Source of the DNA: Octopus bimaculoides
Taxonomy: Eukaryota
Reading direction: 5' to 3'
Assembly (NCBI RefSeq): GCF_001194135.2
Contig: NC_068981.1
Span: 170,918,546 to 170,971,718 of the forward strand
DNA: 53,173 bases
Position numbers and translations under genes: made by a program. The notes below the pieces were generated by a model that was not told the DNA's origin, ran no database searches, and saw only the letters and a program-made list of their open reading frames with translations. This document shows positions 51,985-53,173 of this stretch, in pieces. The number at the start of each line of letters is the position of its first letter. Within the stretch, counting starts at the first letter, position 1.

Positions 51985-52172
51985 AGCACTGAGGTGTCAG
52001 AATCGTTAGCGCGCCGGAAAAATCACTTAGCGACGTCTCATCCGCATTTAAGTTCTGAGTTCAAATTCCGCTGAGGTCAGCTTTGTCTTTCATCATTTCA
52101 GGGTCGATAAAATAAGTACCAGTTGATTACTGGTGTCGATATTGCTGACCTTATGCAAAATGTGAAACCAAT
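51985..52172 (+). mobile_element. SINE family B copy (tandem cluster 2)
   Basis: cagaatcgttagcgcgccgg...gagttcaaattccgctgaggtc...gggtcgataaaataagtaccag...gcaaaatgtgaaacc. Confidence 0.88.
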
Positions 52173-53138
52173 ATTCTGTAATCGCTCTTTCATTTCAGGT
52201 TTTAATTTCTTGTTTCTGTCTTTTTCTTAAGTACTACTCTTTCTTATTTACACTTACTTACCCCTGTCTCGCTGTAGCAGCATCATAACTTATCGAGTTA
52301 CTTGAAAGCAAAAGTTTTTTTTGGGGGGTAGCTATTTGTAGTAGTTCCCAATTTAATATGAAAAGCACTAAGTCATGCATCTCAAATTTGTCTTTACTTA
52401 TGTGTAGTTTAACGTGTAAACATGGAAGCTGGCATTAGATGAACATTTACGGTTCCTGTACGTGCTTTGCCAATTTCAGTGAAAGGGTCACACAGGGAAG
52501 ATAAAATGACGGTCTCATACAAAGTGCTTTATAAACTACTATGTACTGCTAAATAGACAAGATAAACATGGATTTGCAACAATTATTTCTGAATCGTGAT
52601 ACTTTGTTGGTTTGTGACAGCCGTTTTATGTTTGCAAGAACGTATTGTGTTGAAAGAGATTCTGAAAATTCTATTTCATCGACACAAACAAAAATGAAAC
52701 TCAATTTACTGATAAAGAAATGTTTAATATAGTAAAAGATTGATAACATATTTTATTGAAAGGAAAACTTGCACCCAGTTCTAATCCGCAAATTTGGCCT
52801 ACAGCAGAGAAACAGCTGGAAATAAATCATATTCAGTTGCAGTCCTGATTGACGCTACATATATTTTTAATTGTAGCAGACGGGTGTTCAAAATGACCAG
52901 GAGTTTCCTAAATGCAAAAGTAAAGACAATATCATATATCATCAAAATGTTTGCATCAGCGACGCATCGTACACAACTTGCATCATTGAATTATTTAACT
53001 TTGTTCACGAAATGTATTTATCGTAAACATGTTGCGATACAAAATCAAACGACTCCGAGAAATCCTTTCTGCTTTTAAGGAATTAAAATTAGAACAAGTG
53101 ACGGAGGATCGAATATATCATATATCTACCTTGCTGAT

Positions 53139-53173
<35 letters not shown>

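Overview
This is AT-rich, gap-containing eukaryotic genomic DNA, most likely from an Octopus (coleoid cephalopod) draft assembly. That inference rests on the characteristic SINE families, the abundant RTE/Tc1-mariner/Helitron debris and the very high microsatellite density. No intact protein-coding gene, rRNA, true tRNA or CRISPR array can be supported. The window looks intronic or intergenic. It contains decayed RTE-clade LINEs, an R4/Dong-like and a Penelope-like retroelement fragment, and a CR1/Jockey-like RT relic. DNA transposon relics include several Tc1/mariner elements, a TIR-bounded hAT-like (hATm-type) element and two Helitrons. There are at least three tRNA-derived SINE families and many simple repeats. 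Most long ORFs in the supplied track are microsatellite or N-gap artefacts. Items worth follow-up: a perfect 58-bp inverted repeat around a (TA)n core; a phase-compatible chain of small candidate minus-strand exons bracketed by inverted SINEs; head-to-tail SINE chains with repeated flanks; a tRNA-headed insert nested in the hAT-like element; and microsatellite-associated retroelement insertions. I do not see evidence for a novel multi-gene system. All family assignments come from motif recognition by eye, not from database searches.
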